Source of the DNA: Zygnema circumcarinatum SAG 698-1b
Taxonomy: Eukaryota > Plantae > Zygnematophyceae
DNA: 64,000 nt
NCBI GenBank assembly: GCA_037447605.1
Contig: CM074820.1
Location: 1,178,001-1,242,000 of the forward strand
Direction of reading: 5' to 3'
Shown here: positions 13,411 to 23,594 of the stretch, piece by piece
How positions within the stretch are numbered: the first letter of the stretch is position 1
Layout of the letters: each line of letters opens with the position of its first letter
Position numbers and translations under genes: made by a program
The notes under the pieces: generated by a model
What the model saw: only the letters and a program-made list of their open reading frames with translations
Told to the model about the DNA's origin: nothing
Databases searched by the model: none

Positions 13411-13848
13411 TCACGTGTGTGGGGTAGTAAAGGCAGCTCGTAGTTTCAACGGCACGCGTCGAACTCTACGTGATAACCGGGAGGGCTCAGCGATAATCCC
13501 GGTCAAGTCCCTTTCCGAGTTGCGCGGGGACGGCTCAGGAACCCCCCGTGCCGCCCTCGCCCGCTCTCCTGCGGCCTGCGCCTCCCAGTACAAGTTGATG
13601 AGCTCCTGGCAATTGGTTAAGTTGCCCTCGGCTTCCCAGGTGCTATGTTCAACCCCATAGCCCAACCATTTCACGAGGTATTCGTGACGGGAAGATCGAC
13701 CCTTTCTCACAAGACGGTGGGCTTGAATGGTTTCAACTTCATACTCAAGTTCACCCTCAAGCTCCACTGGTGGGGGAGGTGGCTGGATCCTCCCATCGCT
13801 ACGGTAGACCTTTAGCAAGCCCACATGAAAGACCGGATGCACCTTCAC
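13411..13848 (-). CDS. Integrase C-terminus with chromodomain (chromovirus), frameshifted from the core integrase
   Basis: VHPVFHVGLLK followed by EYEVETIQAHR..EYLVKWLGYGVEHSTWEAEGNL. Confidence 0.9.
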   Translation of the reverse strand: MKVHPVFHVGLLKVYRSDGRIQPPPPPVELEGELEYEVETIQAHRLVRKGRSSRHEYLVKWLGYGVEHSTWEAEGNLTNCQELINLYWEAQAAGERARAARGVPEPSPRNSERDLTGIIAEPSRLSRRVRRVPLKLRAAFTTPHT

Positions 13849-13956
13849 GGGATGGTAACCAACCTGTGTTTACATCACCAGCTTACCTAATCTTTAAAGT
13901 CCTATGAACGGGCCACAAAATTACGGTTCCGCTGATAAGCTTTGGAGTCCTCAAGT

Positions 13957-14880
13957 TCACTGCATTCTTAGCAACACCTCATCGCCTTCGTTGAAGGTGA
14001 GTTGGGTACGGTGACGGTCAGCATAGGCCTTTTGTCGCGACTGGGCCGCTAGCAGGGTCTGCCGTGCCCTCTGCAGCGCCTCAGACATTAGCCGGACAAA
14101 AGATCTGACTGCGGGAGGTTGAGTCCCATCAGTCCCTCTCAGCTTCCAAGGATCGGGGGTTCTGTGGACGCCCATGTTCCACGGATCAGGGGGCTGATCC
14201 CTTGGTTGCAGGGGATTTAGAGGATGCTGGCCAAAGTTCAAAAAGAAAGGGGTGGTACCAATGGACTCCTGGAAAGCATTATTGATGGCATACTCAGCCA
14301 CTGGGAGCAGTTCGTCCCACCCATCCGGGGTAGGTCCCACATAATGCCGGAGGTAATCCTCCAGGATCCTGTTCACCCGTTCCGTTTGGCCATCGGTTTG
14401 CGGGTGGAAAGCTGTACTCAACGCCTGCTTGGTCCCAACGATTTTGAGCACTTCCGCCCAAAAATGGCCGGTGAATCGTGGATCACGGTCAGACACAATT
14501 TCTGACTGAAGACCATGCTGGCTCCACACTTTGTCAACATACAACCGTGCAATCTCGTCGGCCCCAGCGGTCTTAGTAGTTGGTGCAAAATGCACCATCT
14601 TGCTGAGCCTATCGACAAAGACGAGGATGGAGTCATGCCCCCGAGGTGTCACAGGAAGATCTGTGATCAAGTCCATACCCACACTATCCCATTTCCGAAA
14701 AGGAGGTGTGAGGGGTTGCAGCTGGCCAGGAATCCTGCCAGTGCGGGGTTTGTTTCGTTGACAAGTTGGACAAGCGAGTACATACGCTTTCACATCCCTC
14801 GAGAGTCCAGGCCACCAGAACTCTCGGAGCAGTGCCTCACGGGTTTTGGCAACTCCCATGTGACCTCGGTACGGAGGATC
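13957..14880 (-). CDS. Ty3/gypsy integrase (HHCC and DDE core)
   Basis: GHMG..CPTCQRNK; VGMDLITDLP; FVDRLSKMVHF; IVSDRDPRFTGHFW; STAFHPQTDGQTERVN. Bounded by an N gap where RNase H is missing. Confidence 0.95.
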   Translation of the reverse strand, partial: DPPYRGHMGVAKTREALLREFWWPGLSRDVKAYVLACPTCQRNKPRTGRIPGQLQPLTPPFRKWDSVGMDLITDLPVTPRGHDSILVFVDRLSKMVHFAPTTKTAGADEIARLYVDKVWSQHGLQSEIVSDRDPRFTGHFWAEVLKIVGTKQALSTAFHPQTDGQTERVNRILEDYLRHYVGPTPDGWDELLPVAEYAINNAFQESIGTTPFFLNFGQHPLNPLQPRDQPPDPWNMGVHRTPDPWKLRGTDGTQPPAVRSFVRLMSEALQRARQTLLAAQSRQKAYADRHRTQLTFNEGDEVLLRMQ

Positions 14881-14891
14881 NNNNNNNNNNT

Positions 14892-16942
14892 TCATAAGGC
14901 TTGGACGGGTCCGCTAAACGGAGAGTGGGTGCGGTAACAAGTGCATGGCGCACACCTTCGAATGCATCCTGGCATTCAGGGGTCCATGTAAAGGGGACAC
15001 CGGAACGTGTCAAATTAGTCAAGGGGGTAACCAGTTTACTAAACCCTTGGATGAACTTACGAAAATAATTCGCAAAGCCCAGAAAAGACCTCAACTGATG
15101 CAAGTCAGTCGGTGGCGCCCAAGTTTCTACCGCGGAAACTTTGGCAGGATCAGGTCGAAGACCCTGATCATTGAGGATATGCCCAAGATAAAGCAACTCA
15201 CGTTGCATGAAGTGACACTTCTTCCTCTTGGCATAAAACTGGTGTTTCCTCAGGGTCTCAAACACTTTCCGAACGTGTTCAAGATGTGCCTCCTCCGTCT
15301 TACTGAAGACAAGGATATCATCGAGGTAAACCAAAACAAACTCATCCATGCCTATGAACATCTCGTTCATCACAGCCTGGAAAGTCGCCGGAGCATTAGT
15401 CAATCCAAAGGGCAACACCTTATATTGGAAATGACCAATCGGCGTCCGGAACGCAGTTTTTGGCACATCAGCTTCCGTGACGCGGATCTGATGATACCCC
15501 TGAGCAAGATCAAGTGATGTAAACACTTTGGCGCCGTGAAGACGATCCAACAGATCATCAATACGTGGTAAAGCAAAACGGTTCTTTACGGTGATCTTGT
15601 TGAGTGCGCGATAATCAATGCACATCCTCAACGATCCATCTTTCTTGCCAACAAACAAGATGGGCGCCCCAAAAGGGCTTTGACTGGGCTCAATCCAGCC
15701 TTTGTCACGTAAAGTGGCCAATTGCTTTCGCATTTCCTCGGTTTCCTTAGGGCTTAACCGATAGATCGGCCACCAAGGCGGCTTTTGCTCAGGCTCAAGA
15801 GGGATTGTGTGCCCGACTCCTCGGGACGGTGGCAATCCTCTTGGTAGGTCATCAGGGAACACATCCCTGAACTCATCCAACAAAGGTTGGAATTTGGATG
15901 GAACAGCCGAGAGCACATCCGTAGGTGTGATCTGCCATTCCTGATCTTCGTCATGGACATCTTCCGTGGGTGCCATGACTTGCACCATAAACAAGGTGCA
16001 ACCTTTCTTAACTGCTTTGGCCAATTGCATGGCCGAGCAGAGATAAGGAGTAACAGGCTGCTTGGTAGCAGTGGTTGTGGATCTGCCAGGGTGCAGGGTA
16101 ATCCGCCTGTCACCACTGTGCAGAATGCAATGTGGGACAGAAAAGTCCATTTGTGCCTTGACCATGGTTAACCAAGCACTCCCCAAAATAACATCAGTAC
16201 CAGGGGCCAGTTGTGTTAGAAGACACTTGACTGCCCCGGAGTAGGATTGGAGCTTGATCTTGAGTGTGACGCTACCAGAGATCTGGCCCTTGCGTCCATC
16301 CCCGAAAGTAACACTTTCCGAATGGGGATCTGTGGTCAACTTAAACCGCTGGGTGAACGCAGAACTAACAAAGTTAGCATCTGCCCCAGTATCTAGCAGT
16401 AGAACTGCTGGGTGACCATTGGCTGATCCGATGAAGGTCATGGCACGATGGGCAAGGTGGAACATAGATCGCACTATATGCGAAGGTTGAGGACGAGTCG
16501 TCCTCCACACCAATGTGTAGGGTGAGCCAACCAGCAAGCTGGTGGATCCTTCCATCTCTTGCACCAACATGTGCCCTTTCCTCAACTGTTTCACCAACCG
16601 CCAAGTGGCGTTGGGAAAGGTGCGAACTGCCATGTGCTGAGGAACCAGCACATGCAGCCCAAGGACATGGGAGGTGTTTCCCATGACATGCAAAGCATCC
16701 ATGGCACATTGCATGAGAACATCATTGCCCATGACATTGAGGATAAAGACATGCCAATCACCATTCATCACGACATCCATAAACCCAGAAGGAGTCACTA
16801 CAGTGGCAGGGGAGAGGGGAATGGAAACAGGGAGTGCATCAAACACAAAGAGATCGTGCATTCCCAAAGGTCTGCCAACCAAGTTTAGAATGTCCGAGGT
16901 TTTAAGAAACAAATGTCCCCTAGTCCTGGCAGCAGTTTCCAT
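14892..16942 (-). CDS. Ty3/gypsy pol: unknown N-terminal domain, aspartic protease and reverse transcriptase
   Basis: LLLDTGADANFVS (protease); LRMCIDYRALN, FTSLDLAQGYHQ, PFGLTNAPATFQ, VYLDDILVFS and LRSFLGFANYFRKFI (RT). Confidence 0.95.
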
Positions 16943-16997
16943 CCTTCCCCCTAACCTAGCATGTCCACCAGCAACGACCCCTAAGCTGCTGGTGGGT

Positions 16998-17600
16998 TAG
17001 TTTTCCCGCCCCTTGCCCTTCTGTCCTTGGTGTTCGTGAGGGCAACAAATCACGGCCTTGTGCCCTCCCTCCTCCTGGCGGCAGCGAAACACTTGTTCTC
17101 CGCTGCATCTTCCATTTCCTCCGAGTCAACCTCTCTCGCCGCAGTAGTGGGTGGGCGGCAGCCACTCCGCCGCTATGCTTGTTCTTTTCCCCTCGCCAGT
17201 TTGGCAGAGCTGAGGGTCCCGCCTTCCACGACCCTGTCACATCGCCCGACCTCTGCTGGGGTCGGGAAGGGCCTGCATCGCTTGCAGGGGCGGTGTCCAA
17301 CTGAATGACTGCATCAAAGTACAGCTCAGAGTCAGCGGGTCCCACGGTTTTAGAGTCTGTGGGTTGGTCCTGAGTTGCTTCCTCAGGTGTGGTTTGAGGC
17401 CATTCCTGAAGTGGAAAAAGAACTCAGCCTGACCAGGCTTGTGAGTGGTGATCTGAGGCACCACTTGTCGCAGGTCTCGCAGAAACTGCTTGACGCTGCC
17501 GGTTTGGACCATGTTCTGAAACTTATCCCGGGCCTCCAAGCCGGGATCCAAGGCCCCAAAGTGTTTGATAAGTTCATCTCTGAACTTATCCCTATCGTCC
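16998..17600 (-). pseudogene. Gag C-terminal half of element A, with indels in the zinc-knuckle region
   Basis: DKFRDELIKHFGALDPGLEARDKFQNMVQTGSVKQF..FRNGLKPHL; clearly paralogous to, but different from, the Gag at 17612-19300. Confidence 0.8.
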
Positions 17601-17611
17601 CNNNNNNNNNN

Positions 17612-19300
17612 CGCCCTAAGTACACCTCCCGTGGGTGACTGTAGCGTTTCGCTACACTCGCAATTCCACCCGCAGCGACTCTTAGACTGCTGGTGGGGGA
17701 TTGTTTCCCGGCCCCTTGCCCTTCCAATTCTTTTGGAATGTTGGGCATTCACAAAAGACTTGTGCCCTTTTTTTTGGCACAAAAAGCAACGATTCTCTTT
17801 CCGCAAGCACTCTGTCTCTTCCGGAGTCATCTTCGGCACTTTTGAATGTTGGTGCTGCTGAGATTGGGAAGCTTCATGCTTCCTCTTCCCCTTCTTTTCT
17901 GACCGTGCGAAGGGTACGGAGTTCCTCTGCGGCTGCTTCGCCTTCACCACACACTCTGGTCGAGAAGGCCGTGCTACACTTGCAAGAGTTGAGTCCATTT
18001 GGATGGCAGCTGCAAAAAGCAGATCTGCATCCTCTGGGTCCCACGGCTTTAGAGTCCGTGGGTTTAGCCGCAACTCCTTTTGAATGTATAGCTTCAAGCC
18101 ATGGCAAAACCGAAAGAAGAAATCTTCTTTGGTTGGCTTATGCTTGGTCACTCCTGTCCAAGCACCCCGCAATTCCCTCAGGAATTGAGCCACGCTACCA
18201 GTTTGCATCAGCGACTGGTACTTGGTTCTAGCCTCCACACTTGGATCTAGAACGCCAAAGTGTTTGAGAAGTTCAAACTCGAACTTCTCAAAGTCATCCC
18301 CTATGTCCACAGCGAGGCTGGAATATACATTCCAAGCCTCTCCTTGCAGGGATTGGGAAGCAAAGTTCACCCATTGAGGAGGGGGGCATTGGGTAGCGCG
18401 GAAATAACCCCGCACTTGCCCGATCCACTCCTCAATCGGGTAGTCGGAGCTTGGCCTGTCCCCCCAATAAGAGATCGGCGTCACCTCGGCCCGATTCTTA
18501 AAGGACAGGTCCTGGCGGTCGGGAGCAGCCCCCCTCATGGGGTCTCCCTTTTCGCTAGCAATCGGCCCCGCAGGGACCCCGTCACTGCTAGGCGGACCAC
18601 CACCCCCCGCAGGAGGATCCACCGCAGCCACAGGGGCAGCCGCGTGGATGGGTGGAGCCCCAGCCACACTGGGCTGGGTCCTTCCTGTTGATCCCCATCC
18701 GCTGCCTAAAGCAGCCGGACGGACAGGAGACGCCTGTTCTACAGGCGCTGCAGCCCCTTTACTTCCCCGAGGGGCTGCCGCCTCCCCTCCTGCAGGAGGG
18801 GGGGTAGTGGGCTTACCTTGCCCAGCAGGTGGAGGAACCTCTCGATTCCGGCGAACCTCCTCGCAGAGGTTGTTAATGAGCTGACGCATCGTCTGCTCGA
18901 AGCCATCCACCTTACTTGCGGTGGTGGCGATAACCTCCTCCAGCACCGCGAATTTCTTCGCGGCGCTCTCCTCTGCCGCGCGGAGGATCCATCCCGCCTC
19001 CATGCCGAGGGGGATGCCGGGGTTCAAGGGAGGGATCTGGGTCCACTCCTTAACGCGGGAAGGGACCCTTCCCGATCGCGAACGGGACGCCTCCCTTTGA
19101 GGCACCGCAGCGGTCGGCGATTGCGGCTGCAGTTGAGGCGCAGCCGGAGGATGCGGCTGCTGCACCCTCGGCGATTGGGGCTGCGAATGCAGCCATGGTG
19201 AAGGAGCCGGCCCCCGTGAGGTCGTCGGGGCAACTGGAGCAAGAGCCGGAGGCGCGTACCCCGTCTCCATGGGCTCGTGTGTCTCTGAGCCCCTCACCAT
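17612..19300 (-). CDS. Gag of Ty3 element B (retrotransposon capsid domain plus CCHC knuckle with a 2-nt lesion)
   Basis: Pro/Ala-rich N-terminus, EWIGQVRGYFRATQCP..WVNFASQSLQGEAWNVY, LMQTGSVAQF, FCHGLK and CFLCQKKGHKSF. Confidence 0.85.
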
Positions 19301-19316
19301 CTCCACGTCTTCAGGT

Positions 19317-19328
19317 GCTCAGATACCA
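19317..19328 (-). other. Primer-binding site, tRNA-iMet type (second copy at 21507-21518)
   Basis: Minus strand TGGTATCTGAGC lies 1 nt after the LTR end; 11/12 match to the canonical TGGTATCAGAGC. Confidence 0.8.
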
Positions 19329-19329
19329 C

Positions 19330-19791
19330 TGTAGCACCCTGCCCCCTAGCAGGTGCTCTGAGAGTCTAAGTTCGAAGAGAAGAGGAGAGGAGGGAGAGAG
19401 AGAGAGAGGACGTGAGCTCCAATGCTGGTAGCACGTGCCCGGATGCCTCCGCATCCGGGCGCAGTCCCCATACTGTATGCTTCCCCGCGCGCCGTCGTGC
19501 GGCGGCGCGCGGTCAGATCCTGCTGGCCGCGGGGTCCGTATGTCGGTCGGCCCGTACATAAATGTACGGACGATTAGTACTTTCCAAAAGGGGAATCAAA
19601 GGCCTCAGCGCCTTGGTTCGAACTCAAAGATGTTTCGGGACTTGAGAGATCTCCGGTATCTTTACCCTTAGTCAGGTACCGGGGTGAGGATACTAGGGCG
19701 AGTTATGCATTATGTAATGGTCCACGGATGACTGTACCTCTTTCACTTCAAAAGTATTCACTTATTCAGATTCACACGCATAAAGATCGAT
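19330..19791 (-). mobile_element. 5' LTR of element B, truncated by an N gap
   Basis: Ends ..GCTACA before the PBS; identical to 21520-21981. Confidence 0.8.
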
Positions 19792-19801
19792 NNNNNNNNN
19801 N

Positions 19802-21981
19802 CGCCCTAAGTACACCTCCCGTGGGTGACTGTAGCGTTTCGCTACACTCGCAATTCCACCCGCAGCGACTCTTAGACTGCTGGTGGGGGATTGTTTCCCG
19901 GCCCCTTGCCCTTCCAATTCTTTTGGAATGTTGGGCATTCACAAAAGACTTGTGCCCTTTTTTTTGGCACAAAAAGCAACGATTCTCTTTCCGCAAGCAC
20001 TCTGTCTCTTCCGGAGTCATCTTCGGCACTTTTGAATGTTGGTGCTGCTGAGATTGGGAAGCTTCATGCTTCCTCTTCCCCTTCTTTTCTGACCGTGCGA
20101 AGGGTACGGAGTTCCTCTGCGGCTGCTTCGCCTTCACCACACACTCTGGTCGAGAAGGCCGTGCTACACTTGCAAGAGTTGAGTCCATTTGGATGGCAGC
20201 TGCAAAAAGCAGATCTGCATCCTCTGGGTCCCACGGCTTTAGAGTCCGTGGGTTTAGCCGCAACTCCTTTTGAATGTATAGCTTCAAGCCATGGCAAAAC
20301 CGAAAGAAGAAATCTTCTTTGGTTGGCTTATGCTTGGTCACTCCTGTCCAAGCACCCCGCAATTCCCTCAGGAATTGAGCCACGCTACCAGTTTGCATCA
20401 GCGACTGGTACTTGGTTCTAGCCTCCACACTTGGATCTAGAACGCCAAAGTGTTTGAGAAGTTCAAACTCGAACTTCTCAAAGTCATCCCCTATGTCCAC
20501 AGCGAGGCTGGAATATACATTCCAAGCCTCTCCTTGCAGGGATTGGGAAGCAAAGTTCACCCATTGAGGAGGGGGGCATTGGGTAGCGCGGAAATAACCC
20601 CGCACTTGCCCGATCCACTCCTCAATCGGGTAGTCGGAGCTTGGCCTGTCCCCCCAATAAGAGATCGGCGTCACCTCGGCCCGATTCTTAAAGGACAGGT
20701 CCTGGCGGTCGGGAGCAGCCCCCCTCATGGGGTCTCCCTTTTCGCTAGCAATCGGCCCCGCAGGGACCCCGTCACTGCTAGGCGGACCACCACCCCCCGC
20801 AGGAGGATCCACCGCAGCCACAGGGGCAGCCGCGTGGATGGGTGGAGCCCCAGCCACACTGGGCTGGGTCCTTCCTGTTGATCCCCATCCGCTGCCTAAA
20901 GCAGCCGGACGGACAGGAGACGCCTGTTCTACAGGCGCTGCAGCCCCTTTACTTCCCCGAGGGGCTGCCGCCTCCCCTCCTGCAGGAGGGGGGGTAGTGG
21001 GCTTACCTTGCCCAGCAGGTGGAGGAACCTCTCGATTCCGGCGAACCTCCTCGCAGAGGTTGTTAATGAGCTGACGCATCGTCTGCTCGAAGCCATCCAC
21101 CTTACTTGCGGTGGTGGCGATAACCTCCTCCAGCACCGCGAATTTCTTCGCGGCGCTCTCCTCTGCCGCGCGGAGGATCCATCCCGCCTCCATGCCGAGG
21201 GGGATGCCGGGGTTCAAGGGAGGGATCTGGGTCCACTCCTTAACGCGGGAAGGGACCCTTCCCGATCGCGAACGGGACGCCTCCCTTTGAGGCACCGCAG
21301 CGGTCGGCGATTGCGGCTGCAGTTGAGGCGCAGCCGGAGGATGCGGCTGCTGCACCCTCGGCGATTGGGGCTGCGAATGCAGCCATGGTGAAGGAGCCGG
21401 CCCCCGTGAGGTCGTCGGGGCAACTGGAGCAAGAGCCGGAGGCGCGTACCCCGTCTCCATGGGCTCGTGTGTCTCTGAGCCCCTCACCATCTCCACGTCT
21501 TCAGGTGCTCAGATACCACTGTAGCACCCTGCCCCCTAGCAGGTGCTCTGAGAGTCTAAGTTCGAAGAGAAGAGGAGAGGAGGGAGAGAGAGAGAGAGGA
21601 CGTGAGCTCCAATGCTGGTAGCACGTGCCCGGATGCCTCCGCATCCGGGCGCAGTCCCCATACTGTATGCTTCCCCGCGCGCCGTCGTGCGGCGGCGCGC
21701 GGTCAGATCCTGCTGGCCGCGGGGTCCGTATGTCGGTCGGCCCGTACATAAATGTACGGACGATTAGTACTTTCCAAAAGGGGAATCAAAGGCCTCAGCG
21801 CCTTGGTTCGAACTCAAAGATGTTTCGGGACTTGAGAGATCTCCGGTATCTTTACCCTTAGTCAGGTACCGGGGTGAGGATACTAGGGCGAGTTATGCAT
21901 TATGTAATGGTCCACGGATGACTGTACCTCTTTCACTTCAAAAGTATTCACTTATTCAGATTCACACGCATAAAGATCGAT
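19802..21981 (-). repeat. Exact duplicate of 17612-19791 (Gag B, PBS and LTR part), offset 2190 bp
   Basis: The ORF translations are identical and both copies begin right after an N gap. Confidence 0.95.
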
Positions 21982-22069
21982 AAGTCAAAATAAGAGGAGT
22001 GAAGGCCTCAGGGAGGCATCCCCCCACTCACGGACTGAGTGTCCAAGGAGGTGGGCAGTGCGGCTTGCA
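21520..22069 (-). mobile_element. Complete 5' LTR of element B (about 550 bp)
   Basis: TG(CAAGCCG)...(GCTA)CA on the minus strand; shares short blocks with LTR A (GGATCCT/AGATCCT..CGCGGGGTCCG..GTACGGACGA..TTCCAAAA). Confidence 0.7.
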
Positions 22070-22174
22070 ATAATCCTCTCAGACAAAAGCGAAGGCCGCG
22101 GCAAAATTTGATATTCAAATCATCGACTGTACAAGAGGCCTGACGCAGTATAGAGGAGGCACTGGAAGGTGCCC

Positions 22175-23563
22175 CTACCGACCCCCCTCCATAAGGAGGT
22201 TATCCATGTCAGGTGTAAGAACCACGCGCTGCGTCACGTCACCAAGGAAAAGACAGGTGCCCGCTTCTGCATTGACAGCTGCCAGCTCTTGATGGAACAT
22301 GCACTTTGCTCCGGGGAGAGCCTGCATGACAATGGATATAATAACAAAGATAAATACCTTCAAGATGGCATCGTAACATGTTGAGAGAAAAGTAGAGAAG
22401 GAGAGGAGGGAAGGGAGAGAGGGAACGCAGAGAGAGAGAGAGTGAGAGGCAGAGAGACAGGGAGAGAGAGATCGAGGGAGAGATTGAGAGGGAGGGGGAC
22501 GTACTTCGAGCACAACAGAACCCAGGTGCAATTTAACTGCCCCACTTGCATGGATTTTTAACTTCCCCATAAGGCCACCTGGCAAGTCACTGAGCTTCAG
22601 TCGCCCAATCCCAGCAGAGGCTGCCTCTCCCTCGCCTTCTCTCTCTGCCAATGGGATGTCCCCAAGTGGCAGAGAAGATGGCAATTGAAAAAAGAGCAGC
22701 CTTTCCTCGTCGAGTTTCTCCTGCAAATATCGCAATGCCACACACAAGCCAACAAATAAAAAGCCCTCCGTTCGATAGCTTGTACTTTGCTTCTTAAAGG
22801 GTTTTCTGGGCTACACTCCTCGCATCCATCTACCTTGTCCTAATACATGTTTGCGGCACGAAATTATCGCCAAAACCACCGAATTCAAGCCGACCAAGTA
22901 CTGCCACCTCCCTTTCCATCCACGACTTTCTTGTTCGCACTACATCATCAAGAAGTTGCATACCTTCAGACCAAGCCCCTCTGCGGGCTTCACAGCATCC
23001 TCGTTAAACGCAGCCTTTTGAGCCGCCTCTCCAAATTCGGCCTCGTTTAAGAGTTCTATTACAATGCAGAGCACAAACAACCAACTTTTCCTTTTAAAGT
23101 TCGAGTTCTAGGCTTTAAATTGAGTTGTTGGAAAGGCAGTGAAAGAGATACCACGACTATGGAATGCATTATTTGCACTTTGTGTCTTCCAATGGCCAAA
23201 CAGAGTAGATGGAATCACCTGTTGGACCGGACTGTGGTAGCCGTAGAGGTAGAGTGGTCGGGTAATTTCGTGAATAGTCCTGCACAGAAACAGCAGTAGC
23301 TTTTTCAAGTTCAGAAGTACTCAAGCAAGAAAGAAGGACCTAAGCCTCTTCATTTTCTCCCTCCCCTCCTATCCCCTTCGCTCTCTCTCCCTCTCTCCTC
23401 CCCAACAACCCCCCCCTTCACCCCTCCCCCCTCGACCATTAGTTTATATCTTGGCACCCTTGTCAAAAGTATTATAAGCAAAAGCTTACCAGAGGATCAC
23501 GCCACTCCTTCTTCCTCGGCTTCACGTCTGGGAAGCGCTCGTCTGCAGAGGCAGGCGATAAGA

Positions 23564-23594
<31 letters not shown>

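Noticed and set aside
14224-16709. Antisense and alternate-frame ORFs over pol
   Set aside because: Expected shadows of a long coding region; no independent signals.
17237-19306. 689-aa ORF looking like a Gag with a duplicated capsid domain
   Set aside because: It reads through the N gap at 17602-17611 and joins Gag B to the C-terminal half of a different Gag (A), so it is a scaffold chimera.
19603-19626. GGTTCGAAC B-box-like motif in LTR B suggesting a tRNA or SINE
   Set aside because: No cloverleaf and no properly spaced A box.
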